From a virus, in IMG/VR virus record IMGVR_UViG_3300047476_001246: a DNA stretch of 64,000 nucleotides; one strand, given 5' to 3'. Position 1 is the stretch's first letter; every line of letters starts with the position of its first letter. The position numbers were made by a program, and so were the translations under genes. The notes below the pieces were generated by a model. The model had not been told where the DNA came from. It did not search any database and saw only the letters and a list, made by a program, of their open reading frames with translations. Shown here piece after piece: positions 40,277-49,663 of the stretch.

Positions 40277-40824
40277 GCACGATCTCCTGCGTAAATTCTT
40301 CTGTTAACATATTCCCAGTTAATAATTCGCCAAATGTTTTTTAAGTATCGTTTCTTGTCGGCGCCGTAATCGGTGGCCCAAGCATGCTCCCACCAGTCCA
40401 CGAGTAATGCAATATCTGTGCGTTTGGCATGATTTTTGATAGTTTTAATTTGCCCTTGACGACTGAGATAGATCCAATTTGACCCTTGCAGTTTCATTGC
40501 TTGTTCTTCAAACTCTCGTTTGAAATCCGTAAAATTACCAAAGTGTCTGTTGATCAGGGCAAGACTTGCGCCAGTGGGACTGTTTGCATTTTTGGGTGGG
40601 CGAAGTTGTGGGAAGAAAATGTTGTGCAAGTATGCACCTGCTTCGTTGAAGCTGGCATCACCTTCGCCCTTGTTGTATCTGTCTACATAGCCCCGAGCCA
40701 GTTTACCATAATGATTATCTATGGTAGTTTTGCTCATTACTGGAGACAGCGAGCTGGCACCGTAAGGTAATTTTTTTAACTCCAGTTTCTTTTTTTCTTC
40801 AGTTAAGGCAATAAGTTCGCGCAT
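40273..40824 (-). CDS. Fe/Mn superoxide dismutase-like protein (divergent)
   Basis: LPY...HYGK, LHN, DWWEHAW. Confidence 0.8.
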   Translation of the reverse strand: MRELIALTEEKKKLELKKLPYGASSLSPVMSKTTIDNHYGKLARGYVDRYNKGEGDASFNEAGAYLHNIFFPQLRPPKNANSPTGASLALINRHFGNFTDFKREFEEQAMKLQGSNWIYLSRQGQIKTIKNHAKRTDIALLVDWWEHAWATDYGADKKRYLKNIWRIINWEYVNRRIYAGDRA

Positions 40825-40828
40825 ATTT

Positions 40829-41047
40829 CTATTTAGTGCGATATACTATGCGTCCTCGATTGAGATCGTACGGGCTCATTTCCACTTCTACACTGTCCCC
40901 GGCTAATATACGTATATTATTTTGTCTCAATTTTCCTGCTATAGTGGCAATGATTTGATGGTTATTTTCTAATGTGACCCGAAACATTGCACTAGGCAAC
41001 AGTTCGTCTACTACACCAGACAATTTAATTAGATCTTCTTTACTCAC
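40829..41047 (-). CDS. infA: Translation initiation factor IF-1
   Basis: [11 protein letters not shown]...[26 protein letters not shown]. Confidence 0.95.
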   Translation of the reverse strand: MSKEDLIKLSGVVDELLPSAMFRVTLENNHQIIATIAGKLRQNNIRILAGDSVEVEMSPYDLNRGRIVYRTK

Positions 41048-41068
41048 ACATTTCCCTAAAAATCATAT

Positions 41069-41464
41069 TTAGTATCGCCAACCTTTGACATCACCAGCTA
41101 CTCGTCCTTTGATTGTGTGACAAGTCTTACATAATTCTTCAACATTGTTTGGAACATTATTCCAGCCGTTGCCGTCTTTATGATCCAAATCAGTTGGTAG
41201 TTTAATATGTTTTGGCAATTTTCCTGTAGGACATTTCCAACCTAAATGCCCAGCTGTATTAGTACATTTAAATTGATGAAATGCAACTGGTTGCTTTCTT
41301 TTAGGATTTTCCAACAATTCTTTTTTTGTTAACAGTCTAGCACCACCGGTCTTCCATCGCGCCTTCTGGCATGCATTACAATGTGGACGCGGCTTACCTG
41401 ATAAATGATTGAACATAACTGGGCGACCGCAATGTTTATTGATGCAAGTAGGAATAGGCTTCAT
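41069..41464 (-). CDS. HNH-like Zn-binding protein
   Basis: DHKDGN..NN...LCKTCH. Confidence 0.65.
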   Translation of the reverse strand: MKPIPTCINKHCGRPVMFNHLSGKPRPHCNACQKARWKTGGARLLTKKELLENPKRKQPVAFHQFKCTNTAGHLGWKCPTGKLPKHIKLPTDLDHKDGNGWNNVPNNVEELCKTCHTIKGRVAGDVKGWRY

Positions 41465-41466
41465 TG

Positions 41467-41844
41467 TTATCTCCTCATTGATGAAATGTCTTTGGCTTCT
41501 TGGTCGCTAAAGATCGGGACTGCATTAGATTTATGCATGGTACCAATACCTACAATTTTATCGCCTGTGTATTGCATGGGTTGCTTGACAGTGACAGCAC
41601 CTTTGTGTCCGGTGTCGAGGCTGGGGATACGAGTCTGACCTTCGTCACGGCGCATGGGCTTGGGCGCAACAAAAGAACTGCGTCCTGCTTGCAGTTTGGT
41701 CTTGGGTGCGTATCGGTCCTTGAGTTGCTGCCATTCAGCATCCAATAATTCAGCTTGACGTTTTTGTTCAGCACTGGCCCATTTTTTCTTGCCTTTACGA
41801 CGGCCAGTCATTGACAGCCACGGACCTTCCATATGCATACTCAT
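41467..41844 (-). CDS. Hypothetical phage protein
   Basis: C-terminal GTMHKSNAVPIF; start MSMHMEGP behind AGGAG. Confidence 0.65.
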   Translation of the reverse strand: MSMHMEGPWLSMTGRRKGKKKWASAEQKRQAELLDAEWQQLKDRYAPKTKLQAGRSSFVAPKPMRRDEGQTRIPSLDTGHKGAVTVKQPMQYTGDKIVGIGTMHKSNAVPIFSDQEAKDISSMRR

Positions 41845-41901
41845 AGTTGCGCTCCTAAACAAGTCAATAGAATTATAGTATAACATTATGAGGATTTATC
41901 G

Positions 41902-43062
41902 TCAAGCTCTTTCTGGAAAGAAGTCCTTTTGGGTGCCTTCTCTGTGCAAATCGGACGTTAAACAGTGCCATCCACCGTCCCAAAAATAACGATGTCTGAA
42001 GTTGATAACATGAGCAGTAATTCCCCTTTTGGCAAAGGCGTCAAATACTTTTTGATTGTAATTGTTGCACAAAACATTCTTTTCGTCAATGACCAACATG
42101 TTTACATCAAACACAGTTTCTTCAACATAGCCAACCCATTTGGTCATCCATTTTTCAACAAAATCAGTAAAGTCGTCGTTGAGTTCTTCGCCGGGCACCC
42201 ACCATTTACCTCGAGTTTTTTCCCTCAGTTCCGTGAACTCTGTTAATGCATGATAACTTTGATCTGGCAAGTAGATCACTTCCCAGCCCGGGAAGGTTTC
42301 CTCATAATTTTTAACATCGTAAAGAGAAACAATTAGACCAGGAGCCACAGGACAAAAAACAGAATCATAATGTCCCCGAGTATCCACAATGTGACATCTG
42401 TAATCTGGGAAAAGTGACGCTGCTCGAGCATGGAATTCATCGTGGTCATGTTCCTTGTAATGAGTTTCTGTGCCAAAATACAAATCTTTACCTATACGAG
42501 ATATCATTGCTGTGTTAACAGGTGTGGCATTGTCATGATCAAACAGCCCGAACACATGTTCTATAGTATTGCCTTGTTTTTCAACAAGATTCAATATTGG
42601 TTCTAGTTCTTCGTAAAAAGTGGCGTGATTTACTTTATTGGTCAATATGTCCGTGATCCAACTGGGTAAATTTTTTGTATCTTTAAAATCCAGCGGAATA
42701 TTTTTATACTGTTTGCCTTCTTTTAAAATTTTTAAAAGAGCTTCTTTGTTGTGTGGAGTGGGCATGTAAAACTTATCGCCAATCATGGCAGTATAGTCTC
42801 TTGGACACATCAAAGGTGGTTTGTATTTTCCGTTATAAAGCAAACATTTGTCCCGCTCAAAGTTATGCACCCGCACAACTTCAACATCAAACGATTTTAA
42901 AAAAGTAATCAGCGCCTGATAATCTTCTTCGGTTTCTTCAGCGATACGATAGAATACGTTTCGAACTTTTTTATTTTTAATAAAATCGTAAAACTCAGGT
43001 GGGTAAGATCTTCCTACTGCACAAACTTTGAGTGGATCCCAATGTTGATGAACCGAATACAT
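41902..43062 (-). CDS. Amidinotransferase (pentein fold)
   Basis: WDPLK, CPRD, GHYD, GGWHCLT catalytic motifs. Confidence 0.85.
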   Translation of the reverse strand: MYSVHQHWDPLKVCAVGRSYPPEFYDFIKNKKVRNVFYRIAEETEEDYQALITFLKSFDVEVVRVHNFERDKCLLYNGKYKPPLMCPRDYTAMIGDKFYMPTPHNKEALLKILKEGKQYKNIPLDFKDTKNLPSWITDILTNKVNHATFYEELEPILNLVEKQGNTIEHVFGLFDHDNATPVNTAMISRIGKDLYFGTETHYKEHDHDEFHARAASLFPDYRCHIVDTRGHYDSVFCPVAPGLIVSLYDVKNYEETFPGWEVIYLPDQSYHALTEFTELREKTRGKWWVPGEELNDDFTDFVEKWMTKWVGYVEETVFDVNMLVIDEKNVLCNNYNQKVFDAFAKRGITAHVINFRHRYFWDGGWHCLTSDLHREGTQKDFFPERA

Positions 43063-43491
43063 TTATATTGCTCCTAAAATTTCAAATCCGTCTATTTTGC
43101 TTTTATACTCGTCTGCACCGCCCAGGTACAGATACGTGTACCCTAGTTTTTTATACAAGGCGCATTCGTGTTTTAAGCTTTCAATTCCTAGACTTGTCTT
43201 TGGATTGTGATAAGTCCATGCAAATTGAACAGCTTCTACATTATCATGGTCGTATTTTCTAATGATGCTAAAAGCTACTAACACACCCTGATCAAAGTAT
43301 CCAATAACGTCACTATGAGGATCTTGGTACTCGCTATCAAAAATTGGTTTTACACTGGGAAATTTTTTATATCTACAATATTGTATATAGATATCGTTTA
43401 GTGTGTCAATATCAGGATTGCGTATAAATTCCCAATCAGATGGAAATAAACTGTAATTAGTTTTTTCTAGATTAATTCTTGCATAAATCAT
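43063..43491 (-). CDS. Aminoacyl-tRNA-protein transferase C-terminal (ATE_C/Bpt-like) domain protein
   Basis: LVAFS...SLGIESL..E......GYTYLYLG pattern. Confidence 0.6.
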   Translation of the reverse strand: MIYARINLEKTNYSLFPSDWEFIRNPDIDTLNDIYIQYCRYKKFPSVKPIFDSEYQDPHSDVIGYFDQGVLVAFSIIRKYDHDNVEAVQFAWTYHNPKTSLGIESLKHECALYKKLGYTYLYLGGADEYKSKIDGFEILGAI

Positions 43492-43966
43492 AACGCCAAT
43501 TGACCACTTGATCCAAGTTTTCTTGGGACCAAGTTGTGTAGTATCCTTTTTCTTTTAGTTGATCTGCTGCGGTGTTTAATTTACTTAGCCGTTGCAATAT
43601 CATAAGACCACATTCTCCAAAGTTCATCTGCACACCGTTGATCAGCTCAACCGAATCTGGATGATCTTCCAGTACCACACAATCGCGCCAGATCAGAATA
43701 CTGTTAATGTGTTTTGTAAATAGTTCAATTTGACTGGCAGAAAATTTGGTATGATCAAAACACAGCACCACAGCATCATGTGTATCTAATTTAGATATGT
43801 ACTGAGCTATTGCCAATGGCGAATCAAATACAATGTGTATTTTGTTGTTAAGACGGGCTCTCCTTGCGTACGGACAAGGAGGCCAGTTGTTTAGGAGAGG
43901 ATTAGGTTTTTCAACAAAATCAACAAGCCATTGATTGAGTTTTAGTCTAACAGATTGTTCATCCAT
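43472..43966 (-). CDS. DUF1415-like hypothetical protein
   Basis: CPYA and DHP motifs. Confidence 0.5.
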   Translation of the reverse strand: MDEQSVRLKLNQWLVDFVEKPNPLLNNWPPCPYARRARLNNKIHIVFDSPLAIAQYISKLDTHDAVVLCFDHTKFSASQIELFTKHINSILIWRDCVVLEDHPDSVELINGVQMNFGECGLMILQRLSKLNTAADQLKEKGYYTTWSQENLDQVVNWRYDLCKN

Positions 43967-44318
43967 TTGTGGTTTGAACGGGATCTAAAATTTTGGTAAT
44001 AGTTGATTTGTCATCAACAACTACAATTTTGTGACGTGGGTAATAAATCTGAATATTTTTAGCGGCGTCGTCCTCGGTAAGACCTTGGCCCAGGAACCGG
44101 TTATTTTTTCCGTAAGCTAGAACAACTTTATGCCCATTTTCTTCTACATGTTCGAATCTCAGAGCAAGCACTGACTTTTCAGCTTCTCGTACAGCTACTT
44201 CTTCGTCAACAGCTTCGGCTATGCGGTGCTTGAGATCTTGAACAAAGATCCAAGACTTTAGCAGTTGCCAACCAAGATAGAAAAAACATGCCCAACCAAT
44301 GATTTCAACTATATCCAT
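43959..44318 (-). CDS. Membrane-anchored hypothetical protein
   Basis: N-terminal TM helix. Confidence 0.6.
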   Translation of the reverse strand: MDIVEIIGWACFFYLGWQLLKSWIFVQDLKHRIAEAVDEEVAVREAEKSVLALRFEHVEENGHKVVLAYGKNNRFLGQGLTEDDAAKNIQIYYPRHKIVVVDDKSTITKILDPVQTTNG

Positions 44319-44319
44319 T

Positions 44320-45150
44320 TTAGGTCCAAAGTGCTTGACGAATTTTAATTAGACGAATCATCATCTCTTCGTCCTCTTTTGTATACTTATCTTCGATTGC
44401 TTGAGTGGCGTCTAGTGCTTGGCGGCTCGCCTCAAGCTCTTCCTCCGTGCGATCTTCGAAGTCCAACAAGTCTGCCCCATTCTTTCTACGCTGTTCACAG
44501 TAGGCGCTCCAACCTCCGGCATCGTGTGGATCCGGGCGATTGGGGTAAACTTCTGTCCACCACTTATAAAGTTCAAGAATTTCCTGTGCAGCCCGGGCCT
44601 GATAAGTGGGCTCGGCTAGATGCTTTTTGTCTTCATCCAAGAATTCTTCGTTGGTAAGCTCCATTTGCCACGCCAAGCAATCAAGTCCGGCTTGAGGGCA
44701 GCGCCAGGTGCGCCAACGGAACCAACCGGTGGCCCAGAATGGTGCGTCATACTTTGCTTTGGCGTCTTTGTCGGCCCAGGCAATGTGCCACCAAGCCAAC
44801 TCTACTTCAACAAAATCTCTAAGTTCGTTAAAAAGACATGGGAGAAAACGATTGCCAACGTCACACCAAGTACCAGGGGCAATATCACGAGGGTGAGCAG
44901 TGAGTGCGTGGGTTCGAGTAACGAATCGATTGTTGATATAATATTTGAGATCATACAGTTTATCCGGAATATAGAATACAACGGTTTGTAGGTAGTCCAG
45001 CCCTGTGTCGGCCAACCAGTAGCGGATGGGATGTCGTGATTCGGCAGCTTCACGCCACTCGCGCCAGCCACGTGAAGTAAGAGCACCTGGGCTTGGTGTG
45101 CCGCGGAGCCAGTCTGCAAATTTGCTGCAAGTCCAATAATGATTAGGCAT
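44320..45150 (-). CDS. Trp-rich hypothetical phage protein
   Basis: 276-aa ORF in gene run. Confidence 0.7.
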   Translation of the reverse strand: MPNHYWTCSKFADWLRGTPSPGALTSRGWREWREAAESRHPIRYWLADTGLDYLQTVVFYIPDKLYDLKYYINNRFVTRTHALTAHPRDIAPGTWCDVGNRFLPCLFNELRDFVEVELAWWHIAWADKDAKAKYDAPFWATGWFRWRTWRCPQAGLDCLAWQMELTNEEFLDEDKKHLAEPTYQARAAQEILELYKWWTEVYPNRPDPHDAGGWSAYCEQRRKNGADLLDFEDRTEEELEASRQALDATQAIEDKYTKEDEEMMIRLIKIRQALWT

Positions 45151-45487
45151 TGGTTTTCTTTCGGTTGTTGCTAAAAGTTTCTACATCAATTATAGCACTT
45201 TCGAGAGTTTTTGCATAGTTCAAAGCTTGCTGTTTGGACATATGAATATCATTGTAAGTTTCGATATATCCACGAGTTAACAGAGTCCAAATGTTTTGCC
45301 AACGATTACGGCTCCACCAATTGGTTTTGGTTTTAACGTACACTCGTGCCCAGATTCCGGTTTCCTCAGCCTCAATGTTTAATTCGTGATCTGATCCACA
45401 CCCACAACTGCAAGGAACAACGTAAAACTTACTGTCGCCCCAATCGTGTGTTTTTAAGATACCTTCGGCTGGCTTTTCTACTTCCAT
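45143..45487 (-). CDS. Hypothetical protein (CxCxC)
   Basis: Likely start MEVEKP overlapping upstream gene. Confidence 0.55.
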   Translation of the reverse strand: MEVEKPAEGILKTHDWGDSKFYVVPCSCGCGSDHELNIEAEETGIWARVYVKTKTNWWSRNRWQNIWTLLTRGYIETYNDIHMSKQQALNYAKTLESAIIDVETFSNNRKKTNA

Positions 45488-45744
45488 TTTAGCGATTCCT
45501 CTAATTTGTCTTCGGCATCTAGAACGTCTTGACCGTATTCCATCATTTCCCACAGATTATCTGAATTGTCATCAAATGGGCGTCGTCCCACAAACTCTAC
45601 GTAATAGCCTTCTTGATCTTGTTTGTACCAAAGTAATGTATAGCAGTACTCAGTACCATCGCCGTTCTGCGCCCAACGAACAATTTCAGCAGGACGTCCT
45701 TCCTTATTCCGGCGAAATTCTAAATTGTCTTTTCTAAGATTCAT
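45478..45744 (-). CDS. Hypothetical protein
   Basis: 88 aa, GGAG RBS. Confidence 0.6.
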   Translation of the reverse strand: MNLRKDNLEFRRNKEGRPAEIVRWAQNGDGTEYCYTLLWYKQDQEGYYVEFVGRRPFDDNSDNLWEMMEYGQDVLDAEDKLEESLKWK

Positions 45745-45859
45745 TACTTACTCCCAAATCTTTTCAAACATGCCATGTATCCTGCTAGATAACTATCCCA
45801 ATCAAGAGTAGACTTTTCTGCAACATAGTCTTGCTTAACTCGTTCAATAAATTCTGGTG

Positions 45860-46063
45860 TCATTTTGGGAAATGTTTGTTTAATACTTCCAGTTTATCTT
45901 CATACTCGGCAATGATAGCCATTTCTTTTTCTACTGCTTCCATCCAATCTGTGTGGTCATGAATGGCCATGGGATTTTTCAGCATGATTTCGATGTTCAT
46001 TTTGTGTTTTACTACATGTGCCGAAAAATGCACTCGTAGTGTGTCTAACAGTTGCTCTCTCAT
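45860..46063 (-). CDS. Hypothetical protein
   Basis: 67 aa, AAGGA RBS. Confidence 0.6.
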   Translation of the reverse strand: MREQLLDTLRVHFSAHVVKHKMNIEIMLKNPMAIHDHTDWMEAVEKEMAIIAEYEDKLEVLNKHFPK

Positions 46064-46081
46064 TGTCGTTCCTTTAAAAAG

Positions 46082-46492
46082 TTAGTTAATTTTAGTTTGC
46101 CGCTCTGCTTCGTGTGTATCACACAATGTGCGTATCCATCCGCCATTTCTTTGACTGCCGGGGACACCACATTCTTCACAGCTACAATCTGCCCACACTT
46201 CTGCCATACGTACCATTCCGCGAACAGTATCGTCACCGCCGTCGTAATAGAATCGAAGGCCACCAAATTTTTCTTTGATCTGTGCAGCTACCACCTGCGG
46301 CACTGCTGCGCCGCGACCGTACTTTTCAAATTGTTCATTTTTCCAATCTATGTGGCTTTGGATATTAGCACATAGTTTTTCCAAGATTGGGTACCACCCC
46401 GGCCCACAGGCAAATCCGCCATATCGCCCCTCAAAGATTTTTGGATACTGCTCTTCCATGCGCTTAACAAATACATCATATTCGTCAATCAT
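46082..46492 (-). CDS. Hypothetical phage protein (QIKEKFGGLRFY motif, C-terminal CxxC)
   Basis: Motif recurrent in phage ORFs. Confidence 0.7.
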   Translation of the reverse strand: MIDEYDVFVKRMEEQYPKIFEGRYGGFACGPGWYPILEKLCANIQSHIDWKNEQFEKYGRGAAVPQVVAAQIKEKFGGLRFYYDGGDDTVRGMVRMAEVWADCSCEECGVPGSQRNGGWIRTLCDTHEAERQTKIN

Positions 46493-46728
46493 TCTTCAAC
46501 TCCAAAATGTTTTTGTGTATTAACCACCGCTGCGGATAGACCATCGTTGAATCCAAGATTGTTTCTTTCTGCAACCTCGTCTGTAAGTACTGCTCCACGA
46601 ATACAAGCGATACATTCCTGGATAATCAACTCAGCAAAGAATTCTATTTCTTTGTCTGTGGCTTCCTGATTGTCTAGGGCAATATATAAGCCAGATCGTT
46701 CAACCAGTTCTCGAATTCGTTCGTTCAT
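46489..46728 (-). CDS. MNERI...HFGVE paralogue 1
   Basis: Shares termini with 47259 and 49664 genes. Confidence 0.7.
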   Translation of the reverse strand: MNERIRELVERSGLYIALDNQEATDKEIEFFAELIIQECIACIRGAVLTDEVAERNNLGFNDGLSAAVVNTQKHFGVEE

Positions 46729-46873
46729 GTTTTGCTGACCTCACAGAAATATACCTTATTGCCCACATAGAATGAATTTAATTTTTCGCATTCAGTTGCC
46801 ACAGTGCTATGGGCAAATATCCATCCAAATAACATACCAACTAAAAAAATTAAGATAGCTCCGAGTATATTGT

Positions 46874-47077
46874 TCATTCTTCAACTCCATATTCTGTATA
46901 AAGTCGACCCAACTCTGCTCGTACTCGTTCTGCCATGGGACGATACTTTGCAGGATGAATAGGATGATACACCCATCCCTGACCGCCCCATATCTTGCTA
47001 CTATCTAACAGTCTATCCAAATCTGCTAGCAGTTGGAATCTAGGATCTGCCCACATAGCTTCCGCTTGTTTGTTCAT
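46874..47077 (-). CDS. Hypothetical protein ending YGVEE
   Basis: Coupled ORF with the same 3' DNA end as 46489 gene. Confidence 0.6.
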   Translation of the reverse strand: MNKQAEAMWADPRFQLLADLDRLLDSSKIWGGQGWVYHPIHPAKYRPMAERVRAELGRLYTEYGVEE

Positions 47078-47262
47078 TGCGTTTCCTTGAACAGTGGTAT
47101 TCCGTCGGTCAAGTGTCTAATATATTCTAAATTAGTTGGGAAAGTATCGAGTGTGCCTCGATGGCGCTGAATACTTAGTTCAAATGGTTCCGGTCGTTCC
47201 AGACCATAGAAAAACATTTCTGTGGCACCTTCTTCTAACTGTTTTTTAAAATATTCGTTCAC
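47074..47262 (-). CDS. Hypothetical protein
   Basis: GTGA-coupled 62-aa ORF. Confidence 0.5.
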   Translation of the reverse strand: MNEYFKKQLEEGATEMFFYGLERPEPFELSIQRHRGTLDTFPTNLEYIRHLTDGIPLFKETQ

Positions 47263-47477
47263 GATTCAACTCCGAAATGTTCGGCGACACGACAGATGCG
47301 GTCAATCACTTCAGTAATTCTACCATCACCTGGTTCGGGAAGTTCTCGTCCAAACACATCCATACACTCCAAGACTACCAGTCCTGCTAATTTATTAGCA
47401 AAGTCAGCATCAATGTGTTTGTTGCCTGGAATAGTTTTTCCAGCCTCTATCATTAGTTCGGTAATTCGTTCGTTCAT
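47259..47477 (-). CDS. MNERI...HFGVE paralogue 2
   Basis: Shared termini. Confidence 0.7.
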   Translation of the reverse strand: MNERITELMIEAGKTIPGNKHIDADFANKLAGLVVLECMDVFGRELPEPGDGRITEVIDRICRVAEHFGVES

Positions 47478-48348
47478 TTAAATCTCCACATATTTAAGTT
47501 TAAAGTTGTCGGCTCTGGCTTCGTAGTCAATATAACCACGCGGATTACACACGATACGAGTAGTACCAATCATGTAGTCAAAGTCCTCGTGAGTATGACC
47601 GTGCGTCCACAGTTTAATTTGTCGTCGATCTAAAATCCAGTTGTCCATGTCTGAGCTGTATGCGCCATTCATAATATACTCAGTCTTGTAGCGCGGGTGA
47701 GTGCTAGCTTTGCTCGGCGCGTGATGCCCGCAAACCACAGTAGGTAGTCCCGGATGCATGGCCAGTGCTTCGTCCAAGTTACGACGGAAACGATAATGAT
47801 CCTGTACTGAATCCTGCGGCAGAAATCGGCCACCGGCAGTAGGGCCAGTATTTTTAATTTGTCTATAATCGTTCATTACTCCAAGGATATGACTCATTGT
47901 GACAGGGTCTTCTCCATTCATGTCAGTCCATAATGTACCACCAAAGAACAGCACACCATTGATAATGCGCCACTCGTTGTCTAGAATGTGGAGGTTGTGA
48001 ATATCACCGAATGTGCCTTTGATAATTCGGTATGTTTCGGCAAAGTCGCCGTGGTAGGATTCATGATTGCCGGTGATATAAATTACTTGCGGGAATCGGT
48101 CGCAGCAACGGTTAATGAAATCTACATATCGTTTTGCACGAGTACGAACGGAACTTGTAGCCATAACAATCTCTGCATTTTCATCGTATGCAAAGTCTTT
48201 AAGTTCGCTGGCAATAAGAATATCCCCACCGAGGATCAAAACATCCGCGTTTTCGTCATTGGCAAAATCTAGATCGCCAAACTCAAGGTGAAGTCATCTA
48301 AAGATCCGAGCAAATAGCTGCTCGGACCTTGTTTCCTTTCTGGCTCAT
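47478..48348 (-). CDS. Calcineurin-like metallophosphoesterase interrupted by a 10-nt insert (bypass candidate or pseudogene)
   Basis: Removing 48291-48300 joins ...ICSDL to HLEFGD...GGDI...GNHE...HH...HGHTH. Confidence 0.8.
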
Positions 48349-48381
48349 ATTATGATCCTTTAAATGTTAGTTGATAGTGCT

Positions 48382-48410
48382 ATTGTACAACAAATTGAAA
48401 TTAATGTCAA
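48382..48410 (-). promoter_or_regulatory. Sigma70-type promoter
   Basis: TTGACA-N17-TACAAT. Confidence 0.7.
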
Positions 48411-48482
48411 GAAAACTAAATAAGAGTGTAGTTCGCGGAATTGGCGTTCCCAACTACTCTAACATTATAGGGCAATGTCAGC

Positions 48483-49169
48483 ATGAATATTTATTGTAAA
48501 TCCAATAACCCTTCTGGGTATTATGTCTACGCATACTTACGAAGTAAAACATCTAAAACTGCAAAAGCAGGAACTCCGTACTATATCGGAAAAGGTAAAG
48601 GCAAGAGAGCTTGGGCACCTCACACAAATGTTCGGGTGCCAAAAGAAAGTGCTAACATAGTAATTTTGGAACAAAATTTAACAGAACTTGGTGCATGGGC
48701 AATTGAGCGTAGAATGATCCGTTGGTATGGTCGCAAGTATTTGGGCGAAGGTATATTACAGAATCGACTCGAAGGTGGCGATGGTGGTGGTATGCCTGGC
48801 AAGCATAATGGTATGTTTGGTAAAACTCACACAGATGCCGTTAGAAAAATTTTATCAATAAATGCTAAAAAGCGGTTAACTGGCAAATCTTACGAAGAAA
48901 TTCACGGCGTCGCCAAAGCAGAAACACTTAAACAGGATCGCTCATTGAAACTTAAAGAATACTTAAAACTGAATCCTGAACTACGAAAAGGATCAAACAA
49001 CAGTAATGCAAAATCATACGAATTCGTTTCGCCGGACAATACGGTGTATCAAGTACACGGAGAATTACGAAAATTTTGTAAAGAACATCAACTCGAACTT
49101 ACTGCAACTATTAATTTGTTAAAAGAAAGAAGAACTGAATACAAAGGCTGGCGTGCAAGATATTTGTAG
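48483..49169 (+). mobile_element. Free-standing GIY-YIG homing endonuclease with NUMOD3-like motif
   Basis: YVYAY...YYIGKG...R...E...N; MFGKTHTDAVR; opposite strand to neighbours. Confidence 0.8.
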
Positions 49170-49182
49170 TCCTTCTTTGAGA

Positions 49183-49626
49183 TTATTTCCGTGCAAGTTG
49201 CTCTACTTTTTTGATTGCTTCTGGAGTAGTTTCTTCCAATTGTTCTTCCGCCACATCTTGCTCACCATGACGAATACTTCCGTCCTTCATCAACTTCAAA
49301 TTGAGATTGTATTGTTTATTGTCGTGCTTGATTTTATTCATGCGACCTGCTTTGAAACCTTTGGCAAAGTATTGTTTATAGATACCACCATGCTGACTAT
49401 GCCAGTGGTTAATAGTCATTGCTCGTTCTAATGTAGCACCATCGGCAAGACTTACCCCTTTTGTGAAACCATCTTCTTGTGCCATCTTGGCAATTTCTGG
49501 ACTGAATCCTTCATCGTCATCGCCGCCGTTGAAACCATCTGGTGCAAATTCATTCAAGCCTTCTGCTACGCTTTTTTGGGCGTTTTCAATCAAATTGATA
49601 TAATCACGAATAGATTTGTTGTTCAT
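49183..49626 (-). CDS. Small late protein carrying a VAE-bounded insert
   Basis: TAAATA and AGGAG upstream; SVAEG...QDVAEE. Confidence 0.7.
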   Translation of the reverse strand: MNNKSIRDYINLIENAQKSVAEGLNEFAPDGFNGGDDDEGFSPEIAKMAQEDGFTKGVSLADGATLERAMTINHWHSQHGGIYKQYFAKGFKAGRMNKIKHDNKQYNLNLKLMKDGSIRHGEQDVAEEQLEETTPEAIKKVEQLARK

Positions 49627-49663
49627 TTTGGACTCCTATAGCAGTATTTATCTCAAAAATACA

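Noticed and set aside
47478-48239. ORF-track start at TTG 48239 as the real gene start
   Set aside because: It would omit the DxH motif; the promoter and RBS sit upstream of ATG 48348
48298-48300. Amber (TAG) stop-codon reassignment
   Set aside because: Read-through stays in the wrong frame and stops four codons later; other genes end normally at TAG; no CTA-anticodon tRNA seen
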